DNA of 64,000 nt from Dehalococcoidia bacterium. GTDB lineage: Bacteria; Chloroflexota; Dehalococcoidia; UBA6926. Under the pieces are notes generated by a model. That model did no database searches and was not told the origin of the DNA. It worked only from the letters and a program-made list of their open reading frames with translations. Positions 9,016 through 19,056 of this stretch are shown one piece after another; the stretch's first letter is position 1; each line of letters starts with the position of its first letter. Both the position numbers and the translations under genes were made by a program. The stretch covers positions 160,001-224,000 of the forward strand of contig CAXXET010000008.1 of assembly GCA_963666115.2 (NCBI GenBank). Reading direction: 5' to 3'.

Positions 9016-10170
9016 ATGAAGATTCACGAATACCAGGCCAAAGACGTCCTCAAGTCCTTCGGCGTCGCCGTGCCCAACGGGCGCGTCGCCGCCACTCCCG
9101 ATGAGGCGAGAGCCATCGCCGAGGAACTCGGCGGCAGGGGCGTCGTCAAGGCGCAGGTCCACGCCGGCGGGCGCGGCAAGGCCGGCGGCGTCAAGGTCGT
9201 CTCAAGCCCGGATGAGGCTGCGGAGTTCGCCGCCGGCCTGCTCGGCTCCAACCTCGTCACAGCGCAGACCGGCCCCGCCGGCGTCCCCGTCAACACCGTC
9301 CTGGTCGAAGAGCCGGTGGACATCGCCCAGGAACTCTACCTGAGCGTCACCGTGGACGGCGCGGCAAAATCGCCCGTCATCATCGCCTCCGCGGCGGGCG
9401 GCATGGAGATTGAGGAGATCGCCGAAACGTCGCCGGAAAAGATCACCCAGGTGCATATCGACCCGCTCATCGGCTACCAGCCCTTCGTTGGCCGTCGCGT
9501 CGCCGCGGCCCTGGAGCTTGACGCCGCTTTGGCGAGACCCTTTGGCGCGCTCCTTGGCGGCGTCGTCAACGCCTTCATCAAGAACGACTTGAACCTCGTC
9601 GAAATCAACCCCCTCGTCGTCACCGCCGAGGGCGCGCTTCTCGCCGCAGACGGCAAGATCGACACCGACGAAAACAGCCACTTCCGCCACCGCGACCTTG
9701 CCGAGCTGCGCGACGCAGACCAGGAAGACCCGCTGGAGCGCAACGCCAATGACAAGGGCGTCCAGTACGTCAAGCTGGACGGCGACGTTGGCTGCATGGT
9801 GAACGGCGCCGGCCTCGCCATGGCCACCATGGACGTGATCGCGCAGGTCGGCCACGCGCCCGCCAACTTCCTTGACGTGGGCGGCGGCGGCACCGAGGAG
9901 CAGGTCGCCGAGGCCTTCAAGATCATCGTCTCCGACCCGGACGTGAAGAAGGTCCTCATCAACGTCTTTGGCGGCATCCTCCGCTGCGACGTGCTGGCCA
10001 ACGGCATCGTCTCCGCCTACAAGGAGGTCGATGTCAACGTCCCCATCATCGTCCGCATGACCGGCACCAACGCCGACCAGGGCGCGGAAATCCTCCGCAA
10101 CTCGGACATCACCGTCGCAGTCGCCGCCGACCTCAACGACGCAGCCACCAAGGTTGCAGAGATTTCGTAG
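9016..10170 (+). CDS. sucC: Succinyl-CoA ligase beta subunit
   Basis: [47 protein letters not shown]. Confidence 0.98.
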   Translation: MKIHEYQAKDVLKSFGVAVPNGRVAATPDEARAIAEELGGRGVVKAQVHAGGRGKAGGVKVVSSPDEAAEFAAGLLGSNLVTAQTGPAGVPVNTVLVEEPVDIAQELYLSVTVDGAAKSPVIIASAAGGMEIEEIAETSPEKITQVHIDPLIGYQPFVGRRVAAALELDAALARPFGALLGGVVNAFIKNDLNLVEINPLVVTAEGALLAADGKIDTDENSHFRHRDLAELRDADQEDPLERNANDKGVQYVKLDGDVGCMVNGAGLAMATMDVIAQVGHAPANFLDVGGGGTEEQVAEAFKIIVSDPDVKKVLINVFGGILRCDVLANGIVSAYKEVDVNVPIIVRMTGTNADQGAEILRNSDITVAVAADLNDAATKVAEIS

Positions 10171-10183
10171 GAGAAACAGATAA

Positions 10184-11074
10184 ATGAGCATTCTTGTTGG
10201 CGAGAACACCCGCGTCCTGGTTCAGGGCATGAGCGGACGCGAGGGAACCTTCCAGACCGAGCGCTGCATCGCCTTTGGCACCAACGTCGTGGCAGGCGTG
10301 ACGCCCGGCCGCGGCGGCACGACACACATCGACCGCCCCATGTACGACTCCGTTGCCGAGGCAGTAGAGCAGGAGGGCGCGAACGTCTCCCTCATCTTCG
10401 TCCCCGCCGCGTTCGCAACGGACGCTCTGCTTGAGGCCGCCGAGGGCGGCGTAGACCTGATCGTCTGCATCACGGACGGCCTGCCCACGCTGGACATGGC
10501 GCAGGTCGCCCAGTACCTCACAAAGAAGGGCGTCCGCCTCATCGGCCCCAACTGCCCCGGCCTCACCTCCGTCGCGGAGAAGCAAAAGGTCGGCATCATC
10601 CCCGGCAACATCCACGCGGAGGGGCGCATCGGCGTCATCTCCCGCTCCGGCACGCTGACCTATGAAGCCGTCTCCCAGCTAACCGCGCTCGGCATCGGCC
10701 AGTCCACCTGCGTCGGCGTCGGCGGCGACCCCATCATCGGCCTGCGCCACCGCGATGTGCTGGAACTATTCGAGAACGACCCTGACACGGACGCCGTCGT
10801 CCTCATCGGCGAGATCGGCGGCACTGGCGAGCAGGAAGCCGCGGACTACATCAAGAACCACATGAGCAAGCCCGTCACGGGATTCATCGCGGGTGCGACT
10901 GCCCCGCCCGGGCGCCGCATGGGACACGCCGGCGCCATCATCACGGGCACGGCGGCGACGGCGGAGGCCAAGAAACAGGCCCTCCGTGACGCCGGCTGCT
11001 ACGTCTCGGACAGCCCTGGCCAGATCGGCCTCACCGTCCAGCGGATGCTGGCAGAACGGAGGATTTCGGCTTAA
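10184..11074 (+). CDS. sucD: Succinyl-CoA ligase alpha subunit
   Basis: [25 protein letters not shown] with the phospho-His. Confidence 0.98.
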   Translation: MSILVGENTRVLVQGMSGREGTFQTERCIAFGTNVVAGVTPGRGGTTHIDRPMYDSVAEAVEQEGANVSLIFVPAAFATDALLEAAEGGVDLIVCITDGLPTLDMAQVAQYLTKKGVRLIGPNCPGLTSVAEKQKVGIIPGNIHAEGRIGVISRSGTLTYEAVSQLTALGIGQSTCVGVGGDPIIGLRHRDVLELFENDPDTDAVVLIGEIGGTGEQEAADYIKNHMSKPVTGFIAGATAPPGRRMGHAGAIITGTAATAEAKKQALRDAGCYVSDSPGQIGLTVQRMLAERRISA

Positions 11075-11108
11075 TTTGCCGATTTCGCGCACAGGCGCAT
11101 ACTGGTAC

Positions 11109-11126
11109 TAGTGACAACATTCACAA
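11109..11126. promoter_or_regulatory. Candidate Rex operator TAGTGAC-AACA-TTCACAA
   Basis: Matches TTGTGAA-N4-TTCACAA with two mismatches in the left arm; 33 nt upstream of the RND gene. Confidence 0.5.
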
Positions 11127-11159
11127 CTTGATCGGGTAGCCCCGGGGAGTCCTTTCGGT

Positions 11160-13697
11160 ATGCTTCTCACCCGCCTCGCCCTCCGCGCGCGCATCGTAAC
11201 GCTCGTTATCCTCGCCCTCCTGATCGCGGGCGGCATCTGGTCGTACTCCCGCCTCCAGGTCGAGTTCCTCCCCTCCGTCGATTTCCCCCTCGTCACCGTC
11301 GTCACCTTCTATCCGCAGGCGAGCCCGGAGACCGTCCTGGAGGACGTGACGATCCCCGTGGAGGACATCCTGCTGGAACAGGAATCCGTCTTGACGGTCT
11401 CCTCCACGTCCTCCCTCAACCTGTCGATCGCCTTTGCGGAGTTCGAATTCGGAACCGACGTGGTGGCAATCGAGGAGGCCGTCAAGGAAGAGATTGCCCG
11501 CCTCCAATTGCCTCCAACGGTTGCCGCGCCGCGCGTGGGGCGGCTCAGCTTCGAGCAGTTCCCCGTTTTCCAGGTGTCCATACGCAGCGGCCTCCCGCCC
11601 GAAGACCTGCAGGAGCTCGCGGAGAGCGAAGTCCTGCCCCGCCTGGAACAAGTCCCGGGCGTCGACAGCGCGACCATTCCCGCGAGCGCCGGCGCCGCAG
11701 GCGTCATCAGCCGCACGAACGGGCAGCCCAGCCTGACCATCGATGTGGTCAAGGGGCCGGACGACAACACCGTTGAGGTGGTCGACGCCGTGCAGGCCGA
11801 GCTGGAGCGGATCAAGGCAGACCTGCCCGTGGACGTGCAATTCACGGAAATATCCAACCAGGGGCCGGAGATCGAGGACTCCATCAACAAGCTGGGGCGG
11901 GAAGTCGCCCTGGGCGCGGCGCTGGCCGTCCTCGTCATCCTGGCCTTCCTCCTCAGCGTCCGCCCCACCTTCGTCACAGGCATATCCATCCCCGCCAGCC
12001 TGCTCATCGGCGTCATCGTCATGCACTGGCAGGGCATGAGCCTCAACATCGTCACGCTTGGCGGCCTGGCCATCTCGGCGGGCCGCGTCGTCGATGACTC
12101 CATCGTCGTCATGGAGAATATCTACCGCCACATCCAGGATGGCGAGGACCGCCTCCACGCCGCGTTCGAGGGCACGAAGGAAGTCGCCCTCCCAATCACC
12201 ATCGCAACCCTCACCACCATCGCCGTCTTTGCCCCCCTCGGCTTCATCGGCGGCATCGTCAGCGAGTTCTTCCTCCCCTTCGCCCTCGTCATCACCTACG
12301 CCCTGCTCGCCTCGCTGGTCGTCGCCCTCACGGCGGTGCCCGTCCTGGCGAGCCTGCTCATCAGGCGGCACGGCGAGGACACGGCGGCGGAAGCCCTCAC
12401 GCGCCGCATCGTCCGCGTCTACACCCCGATGATCACCTGGGCGCTTGGACACCGCCTCATCACCGTCCTCGGCGCGATTGTCCTGTTCCTCGGCAGCATG
12501 TCGCTTCTCGCCGGCATCCCCATCGGTTTCCTGCCCAGCAGCACACAGAACGTCTTGAGCATCGAAATCGAGGCCCCGCTGCCCACCCCGCCGGACGTCG
12601 TCGTCCAATATCTGGACGATGCGGAGGCGCGGCTGGAGCAACTGCGACTGGCCGGCGACGTTGAGGCGTACTCATCCCGTGTTGGCGGCGGCGGCGTGTT
12701 CCAGGGCGGCGCGGCCGGGCTCACGTCGATCAACATCACCGCCCGGCTGACCGAGGAGACGGACGCCGAGGCGATGGCCGCCATGCTCCGCGAGGACTTT
12801 GCTGGGCCCGGCCGCACCGTCTTCATCCAGCAGGCGCAGGGCGGCGGCCCCCCCGCCGGCGATCTCGAAGTGCGCCTGATCAGCGAGGACTACGCCCTTC
12901 TCCAGGAGGCCTCCGACAGGCTCATAGGGCCGATCAGCGAGCTCGACGGCGTGCTCAACGTTCGCTCCAACGCCATAGACGTCTCTGCCGCCGGCCCGTT
13001 CGCCGCGTCGATCCCCATTACGCGCGTGAACGGCCAGAGGACCGTCACCATCTCCGGCGTGATCACCGCGCAGGACACGCGCGCCGTGAGCGCGGAGATC
13101 GACCGTGTCGTTGCGGAGGTTGGCCTGCCGCCGGGCGTGGAGCGTGAGACGGGCGGCGTGTTCAGCGATATTCAGGAAGTCTTCACGCAGATGATCATCG
13201 CCATGGGCATCGGCGCGGTGCTGGTCTACGTCGTCATGTTCCTGGCGCAGCGTTCATTCATCACGCCGTTGATCATCCTGATCGCCGTGCCGCTCGCGTT
13301 CACGGGCGCGGTAATCGCGCTCTTCATCACGGGGCGCGCGCTGAGCCTGCCCGGGCTGATGGGGCTGCTAATGCTGATCGGCCTGGTCGTAACGAACGCC
13401 GTCGTCCTGATCGCCTTCGTAGACCAGGAAAGAGCGCGAGGCGCGCGCATACAGGACGCCCTGATAACGGGCGGCCAGGCGAGAATCCGCCCCATCCTGA
13501 TGACAGCCCTAACAACAAGCTTCGTCCTCCTCCCGCTAGCCCTGGAAGAAGCCGAAGGCGGCGGAGGCATAATAGGAGCAGAACTGGCGACAGTAATAAT
13601 AGGCGGCCTAATGACCTCCACAGTCCTAACCCTGGTAGTAATCCCAATAGTCTACCGCCTACTCCGCCGCGAACCCCCCACCGCTACAGGGACTTAG
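11160..13697 (+). CDS. RND efflux permease (AcrB/SwrC-like), shortened to 845 aa
   Basis: GRVVDDSIVVMENI proton-relay motif, GLVVTNAVVL, RIRPILMTALTT; 12-TM organisation. Confidence 0.93.
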   Translation: MLLTRLALRARIVTLVILALLIAGGIWSYSRLQVEFLPSVDFPLVTVVTFYPQASPETVLEDVTIPVEDILLEQESVLTVSSTSSLNLSIAFAEFEFGTDVVAIEEAVKEEIARLQLPPTVAAPRVGRLSFEQFPVFQVSIRSGLPPEDLQELAESEVLPRLEQVPGVDSATIPASAGAAGVISRTNGQPSLTIDVVKGPDDNTVEVVDAVQAELERIKADLPVDVQFTEISNQGPEIEDSINKLGREVALGAALAVLVILAFLLSVRPTFVTGISIPASLLIGVIVMHWQGMSLNIVTLGGLAISAGRVVDDSIVVMENIYRHIQDGEDRLHAAFEGTKEVALPITIATLTTIAVFAPLGFIGGIVSEFFLPFALVITYALLASLVVALTAVPVLASLLIRRHGEDTAAEALTRRIVRVYTPMITWALGHRLITVLGAIVLFLGSMSLLAGIPIGFLPSSTQNVLSIEIEAPLPTPPDVVVQYLDDAEARLEQLRLAGDVEAYSSRVGGGGVFQGGAAGLTSINITARLTEETDAEAMAAMLREDFAGPGRTVFIQQAQGGGPPAGDLEVRLISEDYALLQEASDRLIGPISELDGVLNVRSNAIDVSAAGPFAASIPITRVNGQRTVTISGVITAQDTRAVSAEIDRVVAEVGLPPGVERETGGVFSDIQEVFTQMIIAMGIGAVLVYVVMFLAQRSFITPLIILIAVPLAFTGAVIALFITGRALSLPGLMGLLMLIGLVVTNAVVLIAFVDQERARGARIQDALITGGQARIRPILMTALTTSFVLLPLALEEAEGGGGIIGAELATVIIGGLMTSTVLTLVVIPIVYRLLRREPPTATGT

Positions 13698-13704
13698 TGA
13701 ACCG

Positions 13705-13935
13705 CTAGAGAGATTCTAGATGGGCAAAGAACGGCGCGACATCAATGCCTTCCAGGTCAAAGACTATTCGCAAGTCCTCTTCGCTAATCTGACCGTCCTT
13801 GAAGTCGAACAGGATCATGCGGCCAGGCACGAGAGGATGCACGAAAGCCTCGATCCCCTCATCTTCAACCACGCCATATCCCATCCTCATGAGAGCTGCG
13901 CGGACGGCGCTTCCTGAATATGACCTAGCTTGCAT
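13705..13935 (-). CDS. Small hypothetical protein, possible HicA-like toxin
   Basis: VRAALMRMGY..FVHP pattern; overlaps the upstream HicB-like gene. Confidence 0.45.
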   Translation of the reverse strand: MQARSYSGSAVRAALMRMGYGVVEDEGIEAFVHPLVPGRMILFDFKDGQISEEDLRIVFDLEGIDVAPFFAHLESL

Positions 13936-14218
13936 GTAGCAAAGCCTTGTCATCGACGGGCGTAACCGTCACGAGATCATCATCGCTGACAAGGTATGGA
14001 ATGGAATGCTTATCCAGATATGCCTTGACGCTCGTCACACCGCCGGAACTATACAGCGCATTCAGCCCCAATCTGACTGCCTTCACCAACCTCTCGTTGA
14101 CTGCCTCCTCGGTGTCGGCGTATACGCGAATGCTCGTGCCTGGAACAAACGCCACCCATCCTCCGTCTCCGTCGGAATCAAAGCGAAACAGTGACTTCAG
14201 ATCGATATGGAAAAGCAT
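13925..14218 (-). CDS. HicB-like antitoxin-fold protein
   Basis: DGGWVAFVPG..VYADTEEAV..L..AV motif. Confidence 0.55.
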   Translation of the reverse strand: MLFHIDLKSLFRFDSDGDGGWVAFVPGTSIRVYADTEEAVNERLVKAVRLGLNALYSSGGVTSVKAYLDKHSIPYLVSDDDLVTVTPVDDKALLHAS

Positions 14219-14307
14219 GGCCTTATCCTTGGTGCTCCTTTCGTGATGGGGCTGGAAAAGCCCACACGCAATCAACTATACGCGCGTGCCGCAAACCTGT
14301 CACCCGC

Positions 14308-15093
14308 TCACCCCTCCCCAAACAACCCCCCCTCCACCCCCGCCCCATCCCCCGCCGCCGGTATCAACCGCGCAAACAACTCCCGCGGCGCCAACCGCCC
14401 CCGAAGCCCAGGCGAAAGCAGCTCCCACCGCCGCATCCACCAAGCCCCCTCCCTCAGCGCCGTCGTATAGCATCTCGCCGCCTCCCGCCGTTGCGCCAGC
14501 ACGCCGCGCACGTCAACCGCCGTCGTCGGACGCTGCGACTCCTGCGCGATCCGCAGCGCATCCCCCACGTCGCCCAGGCCCTTCCGCCGCGTCAACCTCC
14601 CGATCCGCAGCCGCGCCGCAAGCTGCCGCCGCGCAAACACGGCGGCATACAGCCGCGGCGCGCTGATCCCCGTCATCGACCCCACCGCCTGCAAGGTAGC
14701 CGCCCCAATCAGGATATGCTCGAGGTTCCCCGTCGCCCCCGTCGCATCGAAGGTGATGACAACGTCCGGACGAAGTCCGCGCAGTTCCGCGTGGATAGAG
14801 TTCGCGAGGTGGGGCAGGGAGGGATAAGTTGGCGCCAAAAACGTCTCCGCCGTAATCCCCAGCACGTCCGCCGCCGCCCCCAGCTCCGCCAGCCGCTGCG
14901 CCGACGGCCTCCCGTCCGCCTCCGGCCCAAACGGCCCGTAGATGACGTGAACGTCGTGCCCGCGTGATGCGTAGAGAGCCAGCGTCCCCCCGATGATGAA
15001 CGTCTCATCGTCCGGGTGGGCAAGCACGGCGACGATCGTGCGCGGCCCCGCCGCCCCGTGCTCCGCGCGTCCGTTTGAACCTGGCCGGCTCAT
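14308..15093 (-). CDS. PIG-L/LmbE-family deacetylase
   Basis: VLAHPDDET, LRPDVVITFD; second motif degenerate (NLEH instead of HPDH). Confidence 0.8.
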   Translation of the reverse strand: MSRPGSNGRAEHGAAGPRTIVAVLAHPDDETFIIGGTLALYASRGHDVHVIYGPFGPEADGRPSAQRLAELGAAADVLGITAETFLAPTYPSLPHLANSIHAELRGLRPDVVITFDATGATGNLEHILIGAATLQAVGSMTGISAPRLYAAVFARRQLAARLRIGRLTRRKGLGDVGDALRIAQESQRPTTAVDVRGVLAQRREAARCYTTALREGAWWMRRWELLSPGLRGRLAPRELFARLIPAAGDGAGVEGGLFGEG

Positions 15094-15212
15094 GCCCGGA
15101 AGCCGTTCACCAGGCCCCGCGCATTCGGCGTGCGGGACGCCTATAATAGACGGAACCCTGACCGGTTTCCGGAACGGGAATCGGACGGGCGCGGCCACTG
15201 AGGGGAGGAAAA

Positions 15213-16115
15213 ATGCGCATCGGCGCCTTTGAAGTCGAGGAACCACTGCCGGAACTGCGTGATCCGCACATATTCGCTATCCTCCAGCCGTGGATCGACG
15301 TGGGCTCCGTCGGCACGCTCACCCTCGGCACGCTTGAAGACCAGTTTAACGCCACCGAACTGGGACGCCTCGCCCGCCCCAGCCAATTCTACGACCTCAC
15401 CCGCTACCGCCCCATGCTGCACCGCCGCGGCGGCGAGCGCTACGTGGAGATCCCCAACACCATCGTACGGTACGCGCAGGGCGACGGCGGCAACGATTTC
15501 GTCTTCCTCCACATCCTGGAGCCGCACTCCAACGGCGAGGATTTCGTCGAATCCCTGCTCGAATTGTCGGAGCGCCTGAACGTGCGCCGCTACTGCCAGG
15601 TCGGCGCGATGTACGGCTCCACCCCCCACACGCGGCCCCTGCTGGCGAGCGGGCAGGCGTCCGACCCAAACGTGCAGACGGTATTGGAGCGGGCGGGCGT
15701 TCGCACGTCCAACTACGAGGGGCCGACGAGCATGATGGCCATCGCCACGCAGGAGCTCCAGCGCCGTGGCGTCGAGACCCTCTCGGCGCTGATCCAACTC
15801 CCGCCCTACGCGCGCCTTGAGGAAGACCATCGCGGCCAGGAGAAGCTCCTCAAGCTCCTCTCGCCCGTCTACGGCTTCCAGATACCCGACCTCAACAAGA
15901 TCGAGCAGGACGGCGACCGCCAGTACGCGGAGATCGACCGCATGGCGCAGCGCGAGCCGCGCGTCCGCTCGCTGGTCAAGCAGCTCGAAGAGGCCTACGA
16001 CAGCGAGGTAGGCGCGAACCAGGGCGAGATCGGCGAAATGGAAGAGCAGGAGCCCCCGCGCCTCGCCCCGGACGTAGAAGACTTCCTCCGAGAACTGGAG
16101 CAGCGCGACGAATAG
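15213..16115 (+). CDS. PAC2-family (proteasome assembly chaperone-like) protein
   Basis: WIDVGSVG, FYDLTRYRP, PHTRP, YEGPTS, LVKQLEEAYD. Confidence 0.88.
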   Translation: MRIGAFEVEEPLPELRDPHIFAILQPWIDVGSVGTLTLGTLEDQFNATELGRLARPSQFYDLTRYRPMLHRRGGERYVEIPNTIVRYAQGDGGNDFVFLHILEPHSNGEDFVESLLELSERLNVRRYCQVGAMYGSTPHTRPLLASGQASDPNVQTVLERAGVRTSNYEGPTSMMAIATQELQRRGVETLSALIQLPPYARLEEDHRGQEKLLKLLSPVYGFQIPDLNKIEQDGDRQYAEIDRMAQREPRVRSLVKQLEEAYDSEVGANQGEIGEMEEQEPPRLAPDVEDFLRELEQRDE

Positions 16116-16143
16116 GGGCGGGGACGCCGCCGCGCAGAAGCGC

Positions 16144-16836
16144 ATGGGACGTTATCACGTGAGACGGTCAGGCCGCATCCTCCCCGCCGCAGTTCTCATT
16201 GCGCTGGGCCTCCTCTTTCTCGCCGGCAACCTCTGGTCGTTCGACCTCTGGTCAACGCTGTGGCCGCTCGTCCTGATCGCCCTCGGCGTGCTGTGGGTCA
16301 TTCGCGGGCCGCTCTGGCTCGGCCTGCTGATCCTCACCACGGGCGGCATCTTCCTGGCCGACGGCCTGGGCATGGACGTCAGCATGGGCACGTACTGGCC
16401 CCTGCTCATCGTCGCGCTCGGCCTCGGCATCCTCCTGGAACGCACGAAATCAGGCCGCCGCCGCGCAAGCCCCCTCCCCGACGGGCAGGAGGTCCTGACC
16501 GACGACGAAAGCACGATCGAGGTATCCGCGACGTTCTCCTCCGCGAGCCGCTCTGTCCTCTCGCAGTCGTTCCGGGGAGGGACGGTTGCGGCGACGTTCG
16601 CCAACGTGGAGGTCGATATGCGGCAGGCGCGCCTGCACGAAAACGGGGCGGACCTGCAGATTTCCGCAACGTTCGGCGGCGTGACCCTCCGCGTGCCGCG
16701 CGATTGGGTCATCCACCAGGACGGCTCCGCAGTGCTGTCCGAGATAGACGACGTGCGGAGCAGCCACCCAACTGAAGGCCCGCCCCTCCGCCTGCGAACG
16801 TCAACAACATTCGGCAACGTGACAATAGAAGACTAG
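16144..16836 (+). CDS. LiaF-like membrane protein (DUF5668 + DUF2154)
   Basis: LIALGLLFL, WPLVLIALG, FGGVTLRVPRDW. Confidence 0.8.
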   Translation: MGRYHVRRSGRILPAAVLIALGLLFLAGNLWSFDLWSTLWPLVLIALGVLWVIRGPLWLGLLILTTGGIFLADGLGMDVSMGTYWPLLIVALGLGILLERTKSGRRRASPLPDGQEVLTDDESTIEVSATFSSASRSVLSQSFRGGTVAATFANVEVDMRQARLHENGADLQISATFGGVTLRVPRDWVIHQDGSAVLSEIDDVRSSHPTEGPPLRLRTSTTFGNVTIED

Positions 16837-16842
16837 GCGCCG

Positions 16843-16870
16843 TTCACCGTGAGCTTGTCGAAGGGTGAAC
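16843..16870. repeat. REP-like palindrome GTTCACCGTGAGCTTGTCGAAGGGTGAAC
   Basis: Same family as CCTGAGCCTGTCGAAG at 6984 and 58565. Confidence 0.7.
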
Positions 16871-16885
16871 AGAAAGGGAGGAATA

Positions 16886-17617
16886 ATGGGCACGAATAGG
16901 GCAGGGACGGGTGGCATTCTGTGGGCGCAGGTCATCGCGATGATGGTGCTGGGCATGGTGTTCGCCCAGGCGCTCGGCTGGATATTCTCCGATGAGCCGT
17001 GGAGCAGATTCGTCAGCATCGGCCTGGTATTCGGCCTCTCAAGCATCGCGTCCGTCCGCAAACGCCACCTCGCAAGCCTGCTCATCTTCGGCGGCGGCAT
17101 ACTCTGGTTCCTCCAGATCGTCCGCTTGGACTCCGCCGGCTGGATCGCCTTCGTCGGCTGGGCGCTGGTCGTGGCCGGACTCATCGTCTGGGTCTTCTTC
17201 AGCCACGGTCGCGTCGCCGCGTCTGACTCTGACGCTGAGTCCGAGGACGGGGAGAGCGTCATCGGCGGCGGCGTCACCGAGACGTCCGCAGACGAGATTC
17301 ACCTGAGCGGCAAGGCAACCAGCGCGCGCCGCATAGTAACGTCCCAGTCATTCCGGGGCGGCGAGGTCTCCGTCTCCCTCGGCACGTTGGAAATCGACCT
17401 CACATCCGCGCAGCTCGCCGAGGAAGGCGCATCCCTCGCGCTATCGTCGCAGATGGGCAACCTAACGCTGCGAGTCCCCGCCGATTGGACGCTCCAAATC
17501 GACGGCTCATTCAAAATGGGCGCAGTCAACGATGACCGCCCCGAAAAGCCAACGGAAGGCCCCGAACTCCGCCTAAACGTAAACACCTCAATGGGCAACA
17601 TCCACATCACAAACTAG
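16886..17617 (+). CDS. Second LiaF-like membrane protein (tandem paralog)
   Basis: SQSFRGG, IDLTSAQL, LRVPADW and PTEGPELRL shared with the upstream gene. Confidence 0.75.
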   Translation: MGTNRAGTGGILWAQVIAMMVLGMVFAQALGWIFSDEPWSRFVSIGLVFGLSSIASVRKRHLASLLIFGGGILWFLQIVRLDSAGWIAFVGWALVVAGLIVWVFFSHGRVAASDSDAESEDGESVIGGGVTETSADEIHLSGKATSARRIVTSQSFRGGEVSVSLGTLEIDLTSAQLAEEGASLALSSQMGNLTLRVPADWTLQIDGSFKMGAVNDDRPEKPTEGPELRLNVNTSMGNIHITN

Positions 17618-19025
17618 GCGCCCGCCTATGCCACTCCGTAGCCCCCTGGTAAGCGTGCCCCACGTTAAAGGCAGTCTGCTCATCCCACACGTTGGCAACG
17701 ATCTGCATCCCTGCCGGCAGCCCCCCCTGATCGAACCCGATCGGCACGCTCAACGCAGGCATCCCCGTCAAATTGAACGGGAAGAGGTTGCGCGTCCGCA
17801 GGAATGAGGCCTCCTCCTCCCCGTCGCCCACCTGCACCATGATCTGCCCAAGCCGCGCCGCCGTATAGGGAACAGTCGGCATGACAAGAACATCGTAACG
17901 CTTCAGTGCGCTTTGGACCGATTCCTCCCACACCGCGCGCGCCCGTTGCGCGTTCACATAATCCATCGCGGGGATGGCATAGCCCGGGATCAGGCGGTCG
18001 AGAATAGCGTAGCCGTACTCCCCGCCCTTGCCCTCCCGTATCCACCGGTGATGGTAGGCGGCGGCCTCCGCCGGCAGGATGGTGGCGAACAGCGCCGGCA
18101 GCACGTCCGTGTGCTCCAGTTCGACGTCCTCCATCTCCATGCCGAGGCCGCGCAGGACATCGTACGCCTGCTCATTGAGCCGCGCCACCTCCGGCACAAT
18201 CGGCTCCCAAAAGTAGCCGCGCACGATGCCGGCGCGCAAGCGGCCCACCTCCCCGTCCAGGTTCGCCGCGTAGTTCGGAACGGTGCGCCGCCCGGTCGTC
18301 TCATCCTTCGGGTCGTGCCCCGCGATCGCGCTCAACACGAGCGCGGCATCCTCCACGCTCCGGGCGAGCGGCCCAGCATGGTCGAGCGTCCACGCCAGCG
18401 GCACGACGCCGAACTTGCTGACCCGCCCAAACGACGGCTTGATCCCCGTGACCCCGTTGAAGTGCGACGGGTTGCGGATGGACGCGGCGGTGTCCGTGCC
18501 GAGCGCGGCATACGCGAGCCGTGCGGCGACGACAGCCCCTGAGCCCCCCGACGACCCGCCCGAGCTCCGCTCCAAATCCCACGGGTTGTGCGTCGCGCCG
18601 TAGTGCGTATTCTCAGTCGTGCCGCCGAACGCGAACTCGTCCATGTTGGCGCGGCCAATGATGATCGCCCCCGCCTGCCGCAGCTTGTGGACGGCGGTGG
18701 AATCCTCGTCCGGTATCCAGTCCGCCAGGATGCTGGAACCGGCGGACGAAGGAATCCCCCGCTCCGCAAACAGGTCCTTGACGGCGATAGGCACGCCGTG
18801 AAGCGGGCCGTGGTCGACGCCCGCGTTCAGCAGGGCGTCAGCCGCTCGCGCCTGCGCCATCGCCCGCTCCGTGTGGACGGCCACGTACCCGTTCACCGTC
18901 GGCTCAACCCGCTCGATGCGCTCAAGCAGCGCCCGCGTCACCTCCTCGCAGGTAACCTCCCGCGCGTGGATGCGCGCGGAAATCTCCGCAAGCGTCAGGG
19001 CTGTCAGGTCGGTAGCGGATGTCAT
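17607..19025 (-). CDS. Amidase-signature family amidase
   Basis: LHGVPIAVKD, GGSSGGS, LGTDTAASIR. Confidence 0.93.
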   Translation of the reverse strand: MTSATDLTALTLAEISARIHAREVTCEEVTRALLERIERVEPTVNGYVAVHTERAMAQARAADALLNAGVDHGPLHGVPIAVKDLFAERGIPSSAGSSILADWIPDEDSTAVHKLRQAGAIIIGRANMDEFAFGGTTENTHYGATHNPWDLERSSGGSSGGSGAVVAARLAYAALGTDTAASIRNPSHFNGVTGIKPSFGRVSKFGVVPLAWTLDHAGPLARSVEDAALVLSAIAGHDPKDETTGRRTVPNYAANLDGEVGRLRAGIVRGYFWEPIVPEVARLNEQAYDVLRGLGMEMEDVELEHTDVLPALFATILPAEAAAYHHRWIREGKGGEYGYAILDRLIPGYAIPAMDYVNAQRARAVWEESVQSALKRYDVLVMPTVPYTAARLGQIMVQVGDGEEEASFLRTRNLFPFNLTGMPALSVPIGFDQGGLPAGMQIVANVWDEQTAFNVGHAYQGATEWHRRAPSL

Positions 19026-19056
19026 GTCGCGCGTCCGTTAAAGTCAGATAGCAAAA

